64,000 nt of DNA. Source: an archaeon (GTDB lineage: Archaea; EX4484-52; WAPT01). The DNA is taken from NCBI GenBank assembly GCA_029258795.1, contig JAPDKB010000002.1:32001-96000 (forward strand), in the 5' to 3' direction. The notes under the pieces were generated by a model, which ran no database searches, was not told the DNA's origin, and saw only the letters and a program-made list of their open reading frames with translations. Of the stretch, positions 52,046 through 62,018 are shown one piece after another (within the stretch, counting starts at the first letter, position 1; every line of letters starts with the position of its first letter). Both the position numbers and the translations under genes were made by a program.

Positions 52046-53074
52046 TCACAGCAGCTTGATTAGGATGTAAGGCAGGCTCAAATACGTCACAGGCAGAATG
52101 AAGAACATCAGCACAACCTCAAGCCATTTTCTCGTTTTCACATTGGAAGCCAGAGCAAAGAGGTTTAGAAAAATCACGAATTTAAGGGCGTTGAGACAGA
52201 AAGCAAGCACGTCCTTCCTGTCCATCCTCTTAAATGCTTCTTCAAAATTATATTTCACATGGATGGCTTCATCTACAAACTCCAGATTGATGAGCTTTTC
52301 ATAGCTGAAGCGGAAAGCCATATCAAGCTCCATGGAGTTGAGGAACCTTGCTTTCAGCTTGACTTTTCTCTCCATGAGCTTCTCAAGCGCCTTCCTGTTC
52401 TTCTCCACCCCCACTTTAACAGGCTTGTCCATGAATAGCAGAGCAGATTCGATGGAATAAAGCACGGCTTTTGATGATAGCTTGAGGCAGAGCTTTGGAA
52501 AGAATAAGGCTCCCATCGAGCTTAGCAGGGTCATGTAGAAGGGTACCATTATGGCTTTGAACTTCTCCCATAGCGTCGGCTTGACACCTATCACCTTCCT
52601 TATATCCCTGCCGTACAGCACCTTACCTTCTCTTTTCATCTTCAGAAACAGCATGGACTGGGAGGCAACAAGCTTTGCTCCAAGCTTGAGGTCAGGCCTT
52701 TTTATCTCCCCGTTTTTCCAGTCAATGTCCTCTGGACTGAACACCTCGAAGGGCACGTAGAGCTTGGCTTTCTGCAGAGCTTTATCCAGCTTTCCCCTTC
52801 CTGCGGTTGAGCAAACCTTGTGGAACATCGTGCCATGCTTCTTATCAAGCTCCCAGAAGAGTTTTTCAGCATAAACGCGCACGGGCCCAACATCCTCCTT
52901 TTTCTTTACTCCAATTATGAGGTCGACATCGCTTATACCTCGCTTCCACTCACCTCTCGCAGCGCTACCAAAAAGCAATATGAAGTCGATTTTGTCTGGA
53001 TATTTTTGTGTTAATTCGTCCACAAAATCCCTGAGGAAGTTTTCAACCAGCTGCTGTTCGGAAGGGTTCTGCAT
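52046..53074 (-). CDS. Pol-beta-like nucleotidyltransferase domain protein with hydrophobic C-terminal region
   Basis: LFGSAARGE...SDVDL. Confidence 0.78.
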   Translation of the reverse strand: MQNPSEQQLVENFLRDFVDELTQKYPDKIDFILLFGSAARGEWKRGISDVDLIIGVKKKEDVGPVRVYAEKLFWELDKKHGTMFHKVCSTAGRGKLDKALQKAKLYVPFEVFSPEDIDWKNGEIKRPDLKLGAKLVASQSMLFLKMKREGKVLYGRDIRKVIGVKPTLWEKFKAIMVPFYMTLLSSMGALFFPKLCLKLSSKAVLYSIESALLFMDKPVKVGVEKNRKALEKLMERKVKLKARFLNSMELDMAFRFSYEKLINLEFVDEAIHVKYNFEEAFKRMDRKDVLAFCLNALKFVIFLNLFALASNVKTRKWLEVVLMFFILPVTYLSLPYILIKLL

Positions 53075-53182
53075 GAACGAAAAATTAGTATGATGTGTAT
53101 TTATTAATTACTCTTATCGCGATAAGCACTTTGATGAAGCACCCAAAAATATATTAATCCCTTTGAACCCAAATTTTAAGGT

Positions 53183-53941
53183 ATGGCGAGAACAAGGATA
53201 AGAAGGGTGAAGTTCGGGATTCCGGGACTGGATGAGGCGCTTGGTGGTGGCATACCTAAAGGAAATGCTGTGGTGCTCTCAGGTCCACCAGGATCAGGAA
53301 AGACCATTCTGGGTTTGCAGTTCTTGATCAACGGAGCAACCATGTTTAAGGAGCCGGGAGTTTACATCACTCTGGAGGAAGAAAGAAAGGATGTTGTGGA
53401 TCAGGCATCCGTTTTTGGATGGGATCTGGAAGAACTGGAGAAGAACGGCATGCTTAAGATAGTGGAGCTGAGAAGGGAGGACATTCCGACCTTCCTGAAC
53501 GGATATCTCGATGAGCTCAAGAAAAAAATGAATCCCGCCAGAGTTGTTGTGGACTCGATAACCTTTTACTACGCTTACGCGCTCCTCCACACCTACACCA
53601 AAGAGTACATAAAGACGCAGCAGGAGCTGCTTTTACATGATGGGGACCGGATGACACATCCAATGGTGGCAAGAACGACCATAATGGATCTCGTGAGAAA
53701 ATTGAAATCGATGGGTGTGACGTCTTTACTCACTTCCGAAATTCCGGGTAGCTCCCGCTATTACACTCGAGATAAGCTTTCAGAGTTCATAGCAGATGGT
53801 GTCATCACACTGCACTCTGTGGAAGTTGGAGAAAAGAACTTCAGAAGCATAAAGATAGTCAAGATGAGGAAGACGGGTCACGAGTTCGGGTACATTCCAT
53901 TTGAAATCACATCCAAAGGCATAGAGATCAGAAAGATGTAG
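53183..53941 (+). CDS. Single-domain KaiC/RAD55-like ATPase
   Basis: GIPGLDEALGGG, GPPGSGKT, TLEE, VVDS, ADGVI, KMRKT. Confidence 0.9.
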   Translation: MARTRIRRVKFGIPGLDEALGGGIPKGNAVVLSGPPGSGKTILGLQFLINGATMFKEPGVYITLEEERKDVVDQASVFGWDLEELEKNGMLKIVELRREDIPTFLNGYLDELKKKMNPARVVVDSITFYYAYALLHTYTKEYIKTQQELLLHDGDRMTHPMVARTTIMDLVRKLKSMGVTSLLTSEIPGSSRYYTRDKLSEFIADGVITLHSVEVGEKNFRSIKIVKMRKTGHEFGYIPFEITSKGIEIRKM

Positions 53942-54036
53942 GATAGAAGGAATGCAATTTATGAGGTTTATATATTTTCAGAAGATTTAAAACTGTTTGC
54001 CACATATCTATATTTCTGTCTTGGATGATTTGTCGT

Positions 54037-54189
54037 GGGCCGGTGGTCTAGCCTGGAAGGACGTCGCCTTGGCATCACACAGCTTTCACGGCTGTGTGCC
54101 AGTATGGCGGAGGCCCCGGGTTCAAAATGGCTGCTTACGCCGTTTTAAGAATCGGGCAAGCTTTCATGAAAATCCCGGCCGGTCCACCA
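54037..54189 (+). tRNA. tRNA-Ala(GGC) with canonical intron (54075-54104) and T-loop intron (54127-54172)
   Basis: TCGCC-TTGGCA|T-GGCGG arm; two BHB motifs; CCA. Confidence 0.9.
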
Positions 54190-54224
54190 CATATAAATTT
54201 TTTTCTCTCCATCTTTAACTCTCA

Positions 54225-56003
54225 ATGACAAGAAAACTACCAACGATGTATGAGATAAAATCAATAAGGAATGAGACGCCTTCTATAAAGACGTTTTCAT
54301 TTCACGCTCCCGAGATAGCGAAGCTAGCAAAACCCGGGCAGTTTCTCATGGTCTGGTTGCCCGATATTGATGAAATTCCAATAAGCGTTGCCTTTGCCGA
54401 TGAGAAAAGCGGCACGGTGGAGCTGGCAATTGCAAAAGTGGGGGACTGTACATCCAAAATCCATGAGTTGAAAGAGGGTGATGTTCTGGGTTTGCGCGGT
54501 CCCTATGGTAACGGCTTCGATATTAATTATGGGATGGAGGAAGCTTGGCTCGTTGCAGGAGGGTGTGGCGCTGCCCCACTACGCTTTCTCGCAAGCAGGC
54601 TGAAGGAAAAGGGAGCGAGTGTTACAACTTTCATAGGCGCGAGAAATAGGAGTGAGCTTCTCTACCTTGCCAAGTTTAAGGAGATAGGTGAAGTTATGGT
54701 TGCCACAGATGATGGAAGCACCGGCTACAAGGGTTTTGTGACCGAACTGCTGGAAAACGAGCTCAAAAACTGCAAGCCAGACATGATTTTCACTTGCGGA
54801 CCCGAGCCCATGATGCGAAAGGTCTGTGAGGTGGCAGAAAAGGAAGGGGTAAGGGTGCAGGCATCGATAGAAAGGATGGTGAAGTGTGCAAGAGGCGCAT
54901 GCGGAGCATGCGACATTTTTGGCTTTAGGGTCTGTAAGGAAGGTCCAGTGTTCGATGGAATGTTCCTGCTCAGGACAGAATTCGGCAGGTGGAAGCGCGA
55001 CAAGAGCGGGAAGAGGATAGGGATTGCGGGCAACACAGACCTTTCCTCACCACCCATTCCCGAGTTCAGACCAACCATAAATCCCAAGCTGAGTATGAAG
55101 CTCCTCAACATCCAATTCCCGAATCCATTCATGAATGCTGCTGGTTTTGGTGTGTCCGGCATGCTTCTTTACCGCTACGTCAAAAACGGAGCTGGAGCAG
55201 TCGTTACAAAATCCGTGGGGAAGGAGGAGAGAGGAGGATTTCCCAACCCTACCTTTGGCGAGCTTGAAGATGGCACTTATTTCAACGCTATGGGTCTTCC
55301 CAACCCCGGCATAGATAATTACCAGCTTGACATTCAGGATGCGAAGAAAGCTAACGTGCCCGTTGTGGTCAGCATATTTGGACAGAGTGAGGAGGAATGT
55401 GCTTACGTGGCGTCAAAAGCCATTGAATATGGTGCAGATATGATCGAGATTAATGTTTCATGTCCTCATACGGAAATTTCAAGCGTGGAGAACGACCCCG
55501 AACTTGTGAAAAGCATAACAAGAGCTGTGGTTGAGATTGCAGGGAAAAACGGTGTGCCTGTAACCGTAAAACTATCTCCCAACGGTGATTACGTGAGCGT
55601 TGCCAAAGCCGCTGAGGAAGGAGGGGCAAGCGCCATAACCGCCATAAACACTGCACGAATAAGACCCACAATCGAGTTTGATGGCAAGGAGCTCAAAATC
55701 CTTGGAAATCCTACCGGCTATGGCGGGATGTCGGGCAGGAAGCATAAGGAAACCGGAAAGAAGGTTGTGTACGAGCTTTATGAGGAGATAAGCATACCCA
55801 TAATCGGCGTGGGAGGTATATTCAACGGCAGGGACGCTTTTGAATACGCGGCATGTGGAGCTTCACTCTTCCAGATAGGTAGCGCTATGGTCCACAGAGG
55901 CTTAAGCGTGTTTTCAGCCATCCAGAAGGAGCTTGAGGAAGAGCTTGAAAAGAATGGGTTTGAGAAGCTGGAGGATGTTGTGGGAGCTTATCACAAAAGG
56001 TGA
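54225..56003 (+). CDS. pyrK-pyrD: Fused dihydroorotate dehydrogenase electron-transfer subunit (PyrK) and class 1B PyrD
   Basis: PGQFLM, RGPYG, CGPEPM, [2Fe-2S] CARGACGAC..C; then NAMGLPNPG, EINVSCP, VKLSP, AINT, GVGGI. Confidence 0.9.
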   Translation: MTRKLPTMYEIKSIRNETPSIKTFSFHAPEIAKLAKPGQFLMVWLPDIDEIPISVAFADEKSGTVELAIAKVGDCTSKIHELKEGDVLGLRGPYGNGFDINYGMEEAWLVAGGCGAAPLRFLASRLKEKGASVTTFIGARNRSELLYLAKFKEIGEVMVATDDGSTGYKGFVTELLENELKNCKPDMIFTCGPEPMMRKVCEVAEKEGVRVQASIERMVKCARGACGACDIFGFRVCKEGPVFDGMFLLRTEFGRWKRDKSGKRIGIAGNTDLSSPPIPEFRPTINPKLSMKLLNIQFPNPFMNAAGFGVSGMLLYRYVKNGAGAVVTKSVGKEERGGFPNPTFGELEDGTYFNAMGLPNPGIDNYQLDIQDAKKANVPVVVSIFGQSEEECAYVASKAIEYGADMIEINVSCPHTEISSVENDPELVKSITRAVVEIAGKNGVPVTVKLSPNGDYVSVAKAAEEGGASAITAINTARIRPTIEFDGKELKILGNPTGYGGMSGRKHKETGKKVVYELYEEISIPIIGVGGIFNGRDAFEYAACGASLFQIGSAMVHRGLSVFSAIQKELEEELEKNGFEKLEDVVGAYHKR

Positions 56004-57301
56004 TGGTTATGCACGAGCTTGTTATCGAGGGCAGGTTTGTAACACTTGATGGTGTGAAATCCGGTTACATCGGGATTGATGGTGACAGGATTTCTGAGGT
56101 ATCGCTTAGCGCTATAAAAGGAAAGAACAAAAAGAGGTTTGCGCAGGAGTGCCTCATTTTTCCGGGATTTATCGATATTCATGTTCACCTCCGTGAGGAT
56201 GAGAGCCGGAAGTGGGTGCATAAGGAAGATTTTAAGACAGGGAGTTTAGCAGCCATTAACGGAGGCGTGACCCGTGTTGTTGACATGCCAAACACACCAG
56301 CCACAGGCACCACAAGAGAAAGGATTGAGAACAAGATTGAGCGTGCAAGAAAAGCCAAAATTCCGGTGCAGTTTTATGGCGGTATTGCAACAAACAATCT
56401 GGAAGACCTTGAAAAAATGAAAGATGTTGTGATCGGTTACAAGGGCTTTCTTTGCCAGAGCACGGGTGATATGACCATAAACTATGAGATTCTGGAAAGG
56501 GCCATCCAGAAGATCAGAGATGCTGGTTTGCCATTAACTCTCCACTGCGAGGAGCAGAGCATGGTTGATGAACTACAGAAAAAATACGCGAACTCCAGTT
56601 TGGGTGTGCTTGCTCATCCAGAAATAAGGGCTCCAGAGACAGAGTATGTTTGCGTGGAGAAGGTGTTGAAGCTTGCGGAAAAATATGATGGTATGCATTT
56701 CAACATAGCTCACGTTTCCACGCCGGAAGCAATGGAGATGGTTGAGAAAGCTAGGGAAAGGGGGCTTAAAGTTACGTGCGAGGTTACACCTCACCACCTC
56801 TTTTTCAGCAAGAGCGCGATGAAGAAGAAAGGAGCGTATCTCAAAATGAACCCTCCTTTAAGAGACGAGGAAAGGAGGAGGAAGCTTCTGAACATGGTTA
56901 AGGAGGGCAAAGCTGATTTTGTGGCAAGTGACCATGCACCCCACACCATAGAGGAGAAGGAAAGCGAAAATCCTCCGAGTGGGGTTCCGCAGCTTGATAC
57001 CTACGGTATTTTTGCAGGGTGGCTGATCAGGGAGGAAAAACTCGACCCAGCCTTGATATTGAAAATGTGTTCCTACAACCCTGCAAGATTCCTCGGGCTT
57101 GAGGATGAGGGCAAAATAGAGGCAGGATGTAGAGCAAACCTGACCGTGCTTGACACGAAGCACAGTATTAAGGTGGAGAATGATATGGTTAAGAGCAAAT
57201 GCGGATGGACACCATTCGATGGCTTAACATTTCCATCATGCGTCGCTGCTGTAATGTTGAATGGTGAGGTTCTTGCGGAATATCACGAGCTCTTCATGTG
57301 A
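56000..57301 (+). CDS. pyrC: Dihydroorotase
   Basis: IDIHVHLRE, DMPNT, EVTPHHL, MNPPLR, SDHAPH. Confidence 0.9.
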   Translation: MMVMHELVIEGRFVTLDGVKSGYIGIDGDRISEVSLSAIKGKNKKRFAQECLIFPGFIDIHVHLREDESRKWVHKEDFKTGSLAAINGGVTRVVDMPNTPATGTTRERIENKIERARKAKIPVQFYGGIATNNLEDLEKMKDVVIGYKGFLCQSTGDMTINYEILERAIQKIRDAGLPLTLHCEEQSMVDELQKKYANSSLGVLAHPEIRAPETEYVCVEKVLKLAEKYDGMHFNIAHVSTPEAMEMVEKARERGLKVTCEVTPHHLFFSKSAMKKKGAYLKMNPPLRDEERRRKLLNMVKEGKADFVASDHAPHTIEEKESENPPSGVPQLDTYGIFAGWLIREEKLDPALILKMCSYNPARFLGLEDEGKIEAGCRANLTVLDTKHSIKVENDMVKSKCGWTPFDGLTFPSCVAAVMLNGEVLAEYHELFM

Positions 57302-57414
57302 ACGACTTCTGCCGATTGTTTTGAAAAAAACGGTATAAGGGACGAAAACCTTTATATAATTCCGCATGCCTAAATAAACATAGCTAATCTTAAAACGGTT
57401 GAGGGGTGAATTAG

Positions 57415-57711
57415 ATGGCGAAGAAGGGAAAGAAGAGGTACTTTGTTTTGCTGGATGACAAGGGCAATGAAATCGGTGTCTTTACCGGAAGGCAGCCAAG
57501 ACAGGCAGCTCTTAAGGCTGCTACAAGGGGTTACACCAAAATCAGATTGAGAGAGAGGGGAACAAACAAGATCCACATCTATCAGGGTAGTAGGAAGAAG
57601 GTGCCTGCTCCAGCCAACGCACCAGAATGGATGGGTAAGGAAGTGTGGAAGCCAGTGGTTAAGAAGGTAGGAATCGAGAAGATCGAGAAGAAAAGGAAAA
57701 AGAAGAAGTAA
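57415..57711 (+). CDS. Non-histone chromosomal protein MC1
   Basis: GVFTGRQPRQAALKAA, IRLRERGT, APEWM..VWKP. Confidence 0.9.
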   Translation: MAKKGKKRYFVLLDDKGNEIGVFTGRQPRQAALKAATRGYTKIRLRERGTNKIHIYQGSRKKVPAPANAPEWMGKEVWKPVVKKVGIEKIEKKRKKKK

Positions 57712-57757
57712 ATTTATTCAGGCGCTGACAACATAAGATGGTCAGCGCCCCTCTTTT

Positions 57758-58984
57758 CTATTTTTTCCATGCCACAAGTGTTGTTTGCCTTTCTTTAAGT
57801 TTGTTGAGGAGCTTGCTTATGCTTTTGAGATGGAGATTGCACTTCATTTCATTTTCAACGATTTTGATGGCTTGTTCCACACTTTCCATGATTCGTGGTT
57901 TCGTTCTCATCGCTTCCCTCACAGTTTCCCTGACCACCCACACACCCAAAGGAGCCCAGTAGTCCGGCAGGATTTCCCTCACAATCAGCACACTCGCCTG
58001 CCTTTTTATCTTTGCAAGATGTTCCAGCACGGCAAGACGGGAAGCGTAGTAACCACCAGCGGTCTCATCCACATACTTTTTGCGGGAGGTGAAGTCCTCG
58101 TAATCCTTTGTGATGTAATACCTCTTTCCAAATTTCTTCCACTCGCCAATCGGGTGGGCTATTTCCACCAGCTCGAATTTCCATGTGGAGGGAAAAAGCA
58201 GAACCCAGAATCGATTGCCGTTGTACTCAGCATAGTGAATCATCACGGAATCCACCACATCATATTGCCTTATCTCATTGATGAAGTGCTTCCCCAGCAT
58301 GTCATCCACAGCCGTTATGCTCCACCTCGTGGGAACGAGCTTCCTCTGCTTTTTCACGCCCAGCATGCCAACAGAAAGCACCCTTGAGAGTACGTTTTCA
58401 TCCACACCTCTCACATAAAGTTCAACTAAGGCATCGGTTGCTTTCAGGTCGGAATCGTAATATGCTTTCTCCACCCTTCTGTCAACTTTAGGATTTTCCG
58501 CGAGCACCATTCTTTTCAATTTACCCCTCAACCCCACAGGAGAAAAAACGTAGGAAAAGTTAACCTCTATGGATGGTTTTTTCATGAACTCCACTTCTGT
58601 TAGCACGCTTCTCCTTGCCATCGCAATTTCGTGCACCATCTCCACAAGTTTGGAAGGGGTTTTAACACTTGTTTTGAAAGCGGGATTTATCATGCTCAAC
58701 CTCTTGGCAAGTACTGAGGCGACATCCAGCTTCTGCGTGAACCAGAGGCGTGGAGCATCATAGTATTCAGGAGAGTTATCCTTAACGCCCAGCGCACCAA
58801 CATTAACAGCAGGATACCCGAATCTCCCCACAAAGACAGAAGGAGGGGTGTAGAGCTCATCCCTCTCCTTTATTTGAGTTGCCCTCTCCTTCAGCTTCAG
58901 CGCTTCCACGAAGTAGCACGGCTTTCCGCAGAGGTTTTTACCCTTGCATTTAACACAGAGCGCGGGGTCTATTATCTTGCCCAT
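57758..58984 (-). CDS. nreA: Nre-family DNA repair protein
   Basis: CVKCKG..LCG Zn motif, VFVGRFGYP, KLVPTRWSITAVD, GVWVVRE, PIP-like QTTLVAW. Confidence 0.9.
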   Translation of the reverse strand: MGKIIDPALCVKCKGKNLCGKPCYFVEALKLKERATQIKERDELYTPPSVFVGRFGYPAVNVGALGVKDNSPEYYDAPRLWFTQKLDVASVLAKRLSMINPAFKTSVKTPSKLVEMVHEIAMARRSVLTEVEFMKKPSIEVNFSYVFSPVGLRGKLKRMVLAENPKVDRRVEKAYYDSDLKATDALVELYVRGVDENVLSRVLSVGMLGVKKQRKLVPTRWSITAVDDMLGKHFINEIRQYDVVDSVMIHYAEYNGNRFWVLLFPSTWKFELVEIAHPIGEWKKFGKRYYITKDYEDFTSRKKYVDETAGGYYASRLAVLEHLAKIKRQASVLIVREILPDYWAPLGVWVVRETVREAMRTKPRIMESVEQAIKIVENEMKCNLHLKSISKLLNKLKERQTTLVAWKK

Positions 58985-59076
58985 AGGGAAATGTAGGGCG
59001 CGCAGTTTTTAATTAGTAAAACCAAAACTAGGACATATCCAAAAATATTTAATAGTGTTATCCCAATTCATCTCCT

Positions 59077-59357
59077 GCGGCAGGGCTAGGCCGGGGAGCT
59101 AGCCCCTCCCTGTAACCGCAAACGGGCTAACGGCGGGGCCGAAAACCGGGGGGCGGGCGATTGGCGGCTCGCTGGGCAGCTTGCTGCTGAACAATGACTC
59201 TCTGCCCCCGAAGGCCGCTGTACCGGTGAACCGGGTCAGGCCCGGAAGGGAGCAGCCCTAAGCCGGTACTTCGGTGCTTCGGGATCAGCGGAGAGGAGGT
59301 AGGCAGCATCTCTGCCCGCGAGCTTAGCCGCGCTCCACCCCCGGGAAGCCCTGCCGC
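59077..59357 (+). ncRNA. ffs: Archaeal SRP (7S) RNA
   Basis: Helix 8 motif TCAGGCCCGGAAGGGAGCAG; terminal pairing GCGGCAGGGCT/AGCCCTGCCGC. Confidence 0.93.
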
Positions 59358-59385
59358 GTAATTTTGCAAAAGGGTGTGGAGTTGC

Positions 59386-60189
59386 ATGAAGCGCGAGAAA
59401 AGGAGTATGACCGCAAGAAGGGTGGAGATGGTTGTTTTTATTTTGCTTGTGTTCGCTTTCTCACTTGGTCTTATGATGGGAAGCGCAGGTTATCTTGCAG
59501 AACTCATGATTAAAAGTGGTTTGGAGCAGCAAAAAGAGGTTAAGAGTGTGGAGGAGCTGACGGGGAGCAGAGCTTTTGAGGGTAACAACACCGCAAGCGT
59601 GACTATACCTGCTGTTATGGCAAACGATACGGGAGTTTACGCAACTCTCGTTGTAAGGGCCGTGCCTGGAACCGGAAAGATTTTCGTGCAGATGAACAAC
59701 TTGCTTGTGAATGATGACACGCAGCAGTCCATAAGGAAAGCGGCACTGGTGGCTTCAAAGCTCGCGGATGTCAATCTAAGCACCGTTGATCTTTATTACG
59801 AGATTAACGCCCCAGCCACCGAGCTTGAAGGAGGGAGTGGAGGAGCAACAATCGCTGTTGCGACTTATGCAGCACTTACCGGCAAGAAGCTTCGAGACGA
59901 TGTGATGATGACCGGGAGCATAAATCACGATGGCACGGTGAGCATAGCGAGCAAGGTGATAGAAAAGGCAAAGGTTGCAGAGAGTTTGGGGATGAAGTAC
60001 TTTCTCGTGCCCAAAGGCATGAAAATGCTTTACGATTACAAGCCCACAACTTTTTGCTATGAGTGGCAAGATGGTGTGGAGTTCTGCGATACAGAATACG
60101 AGCGCGTCAAAACAGAGCTTTGGAACTTGAGCGTTGAAGTCGTGGAGGTAAGCACGCTTCGGGAAGCTCTGAAGTATTTTTTGGAGTGA
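59386..60189 (+). CDS. Membrane-anchored Lon-like S16 protease domain protein
   Basis: TM helix; EGGSGG serine motif, MTGSINHDG, EKAK lysine. Confidence 0.8.
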   Translation: MKREKRSMTARRVEMVVFILLVFAFSLGLMMGSAGYLAELMIKSGLEQQKEVKSVEELTGSRAFEGNNTASVTIPAVMANDTGVYATLVVRAVPGTGKIFVQMNNLLVNDDTQQSIRKAALVASKLADVNLSTVDLYYEINAPATELEGGSGGATIAVATYAALTGKKLRDDVMMTGSINHDGTVSIASKVIEKAKVAESLGMKYFLVPKGMKMLYDYKPTTFCYEWQDGVEFCDTEYERVKTELWNLSVEVVEVSTLREALKYFLE

Positions 60190-60275
60190 TAAGTTTTTGC
60201 AAGAAATTGCCAATATTATGCAAAAACTGTGAAATCGAAAACTCAGAACTTTAAACATTCTTGAGATCCATGAAT

Positions 60276-60409
60276 TGGCGCCGCGGGCCGGATTTTCACT
60301 TCTCAAAGAGCAGGTTTCCTCTTTTATTCCCAGCTCCGCTTCGAACCGGCGCGCCCTTGCGGGCAGTGGCTCTCGAGGCCACCGCACTACCTGGCTATGC
60401 GACCGCGGC
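60276..60409 (-). tRNA. tRNA-Ser(CGA) with 47-nt T-loop intron (60293-60339)
   Basis: GTGGC-CTCGAGA-GCCAC arm, long variable arm, BHB TTCG/TGAA, CCA. Confidence 0.9.
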
Positions 60410-60462
60410 GCGAAGAATACCACTACTCAATTAACATACTATTGGGTGGAGCTTTAAAATCT

Positions 60463-60912
60463 TTACTCCTTGATCTTCTTCTCAAACTCCAGAATCTGGT
60501 GTTTGAGCCTCACAAGCACATCGGTGGTTTTGCTGAGCGATTCCTTCAACTTCTCCTTTTCTTTCTCAAGCTCTTTTATCTCTTCCTCTAAGGTTGCTTT
60601 TTCAGCGGTAAGCTTTGCGACTTCATCCTTCAAACTCTTCAGTTCTATCTCCATCTGTTCCTTTTCCTTTGTTAGCTTGCTGACCTTCTGGCTCAGCTCT
60701 TTTCTCGTATGCTCAAGCTCTTCAACCTCAAGCTTCAGCTGTTGCTCTTCCGTGGTAAGTTCCTTCAACTTGTTTTCAAGCCGCTTTTTCTCTTCCTTTA
60801 TCTTTATTGCTTCTTCTATGCTTTTTTCAAGCACATCCAGAATGTTCGCGAGCTCTTTCTCATACTCCCCAGACATCTGCGCTTCTTGTTTCTTGGAACC
60901 TCCGTTTCCCAT
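60463..60912 (-). CDS. Coiled-coil protein
   Basis: Continuous heptad pattern; RBS GGAGGTGA. Confidence 0.75.
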   Translation of the reverse strand: MGNGGSKKQEAQMSGEYEKELANILDVLEKSIEEAIKIKEEKKRLENKLKELTTEEQQLKLEVEELEHTRKELSQKVSKLTKEKEQMEIELKSLKDEVAKLTAEKATLEEEIKELEKEKEKLKESLSKTTDVLVRLKHQILEFEKKIKE

Positions 60913-61027
60913 TAGCTCACCTCCATCTGAAAACACTGCCTGAGAATTAAGTATTGTTCACCCCTATAAATAATTTTCGAAAAAATACTCAAAAAATATA
61001 ATAGGGTGTTTCACCACAAAACAACTC

Positions 61028-62014
61028 ATGGAAATTCAGTACACTTACGAGAACCTGAACTGGATAATACTGACAGCAGGGATCATAATCATTCTACACC
61101 TTCTCGTGCTGAAAAAAAGCAGGGAGCGCGTGATTCTCTTTGCAAATTACGAAACGCTCAGAAAGGTTACTGGAGGTGAGCTAATACATCGCAATCTTGT
61201 GCCTCTTACCCTAAGAGTTCTGGCAGTTATATGTCTTTTGCTCGCGATTTCCAACCTAAAGATTATCGTGATAAAGCCGGTTTCCGATGTGGACTTCGTC
61301 ATTACAATAGATACTTCCCCCACCATGCTCAGCTCTGATGGAGGCAATTTCACCCCCAGCAGGTTGGAAGTGGCTAAAATGGCTGCCGAGCAGGTTGTGG
61401 ATGTGCTGCCCGAAACCACCAAGGTGGGTGTAGTAACATTTGCGGGCAAAGCCAAATTGAAACTTCAACTCACCAACAATAAAGAAGTCATAAAGAAAAC
61501 GCTTGATTCCATCTCTCTTGAGGGGCCTGCGGGCACAGCCATTGGTGATGCAGTAATTGTGGCCTCAATGCTCCTCTCCAACTCAACCAAGGACAAAAAG
61601 GTTGTGGTGCTGATCACAGACGGTAAATCGAATAAGGGCGTATCTATCAACGAATCCGCAAAGTTCGCCCTTGACCATGGTGTGCGCGTCAACGCTATAG
61701 GTGTGGGAAAAAAGAACGTCACTGTGCCCTTCAACATTACAGAGCTGAATTTGACCGAGCTAATCAACGAAAATGCCACCATTTATATGGGAGAGGCGCT
61801 GGATGAACAAGCCCTGCAGTACCTTGCAAACATGACGGGAGGCAAGTACTTCTACGTTCAGAACAGCACGCAGATGCTGGAAGCTTTCAAGGAATCCGTG
61901 CTGAAAGCCAATGCCGTTGAGCTGAATGTGAGAAAGTGGGCCATAATTATTGGCGTCATACTTCTCATTCTCGAATGGGCGCTTGGCGCAACCAAATACA
62001 AAACTTTACCCTGA
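61028..62014 (+). CDS. BatA-like membrane vWA protein
   Basis: N-terminal TMs, MIDAS DTSPTM, GTAIGDA, ITDG, TGGKYF, C-terminal TM. Confidence 0.88.
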   Translation: MEIQYTYENLNWIILTAGIIIILHLLVLKKSRERVILFANYETLRKVTGGELIHRNLVPLTLRVLAVICLLLAISNLKIIVIKPVSDVDFVITIDTSPTMLSSDGGNFTPSRLEVAKMAAEQVVDVLPETTKVGVVTFAGKAKLKLQLTNNKEVIKKTLDSISLEGPAGTAIGDAVIVASMLLSNSTKDKKVVVLITDGKSNKGVSINESAKFALDHGVRVNAIGVGKKNVTVPFNITELNLTELINENATIYMGEALDEQALQYLANMTGGKYFYVQNSTQMLEAFKESVLKANAVELNVRKWAIIIGVILLILEWALGATKYKTLP

Positions 62015-62018
62015 AAAA

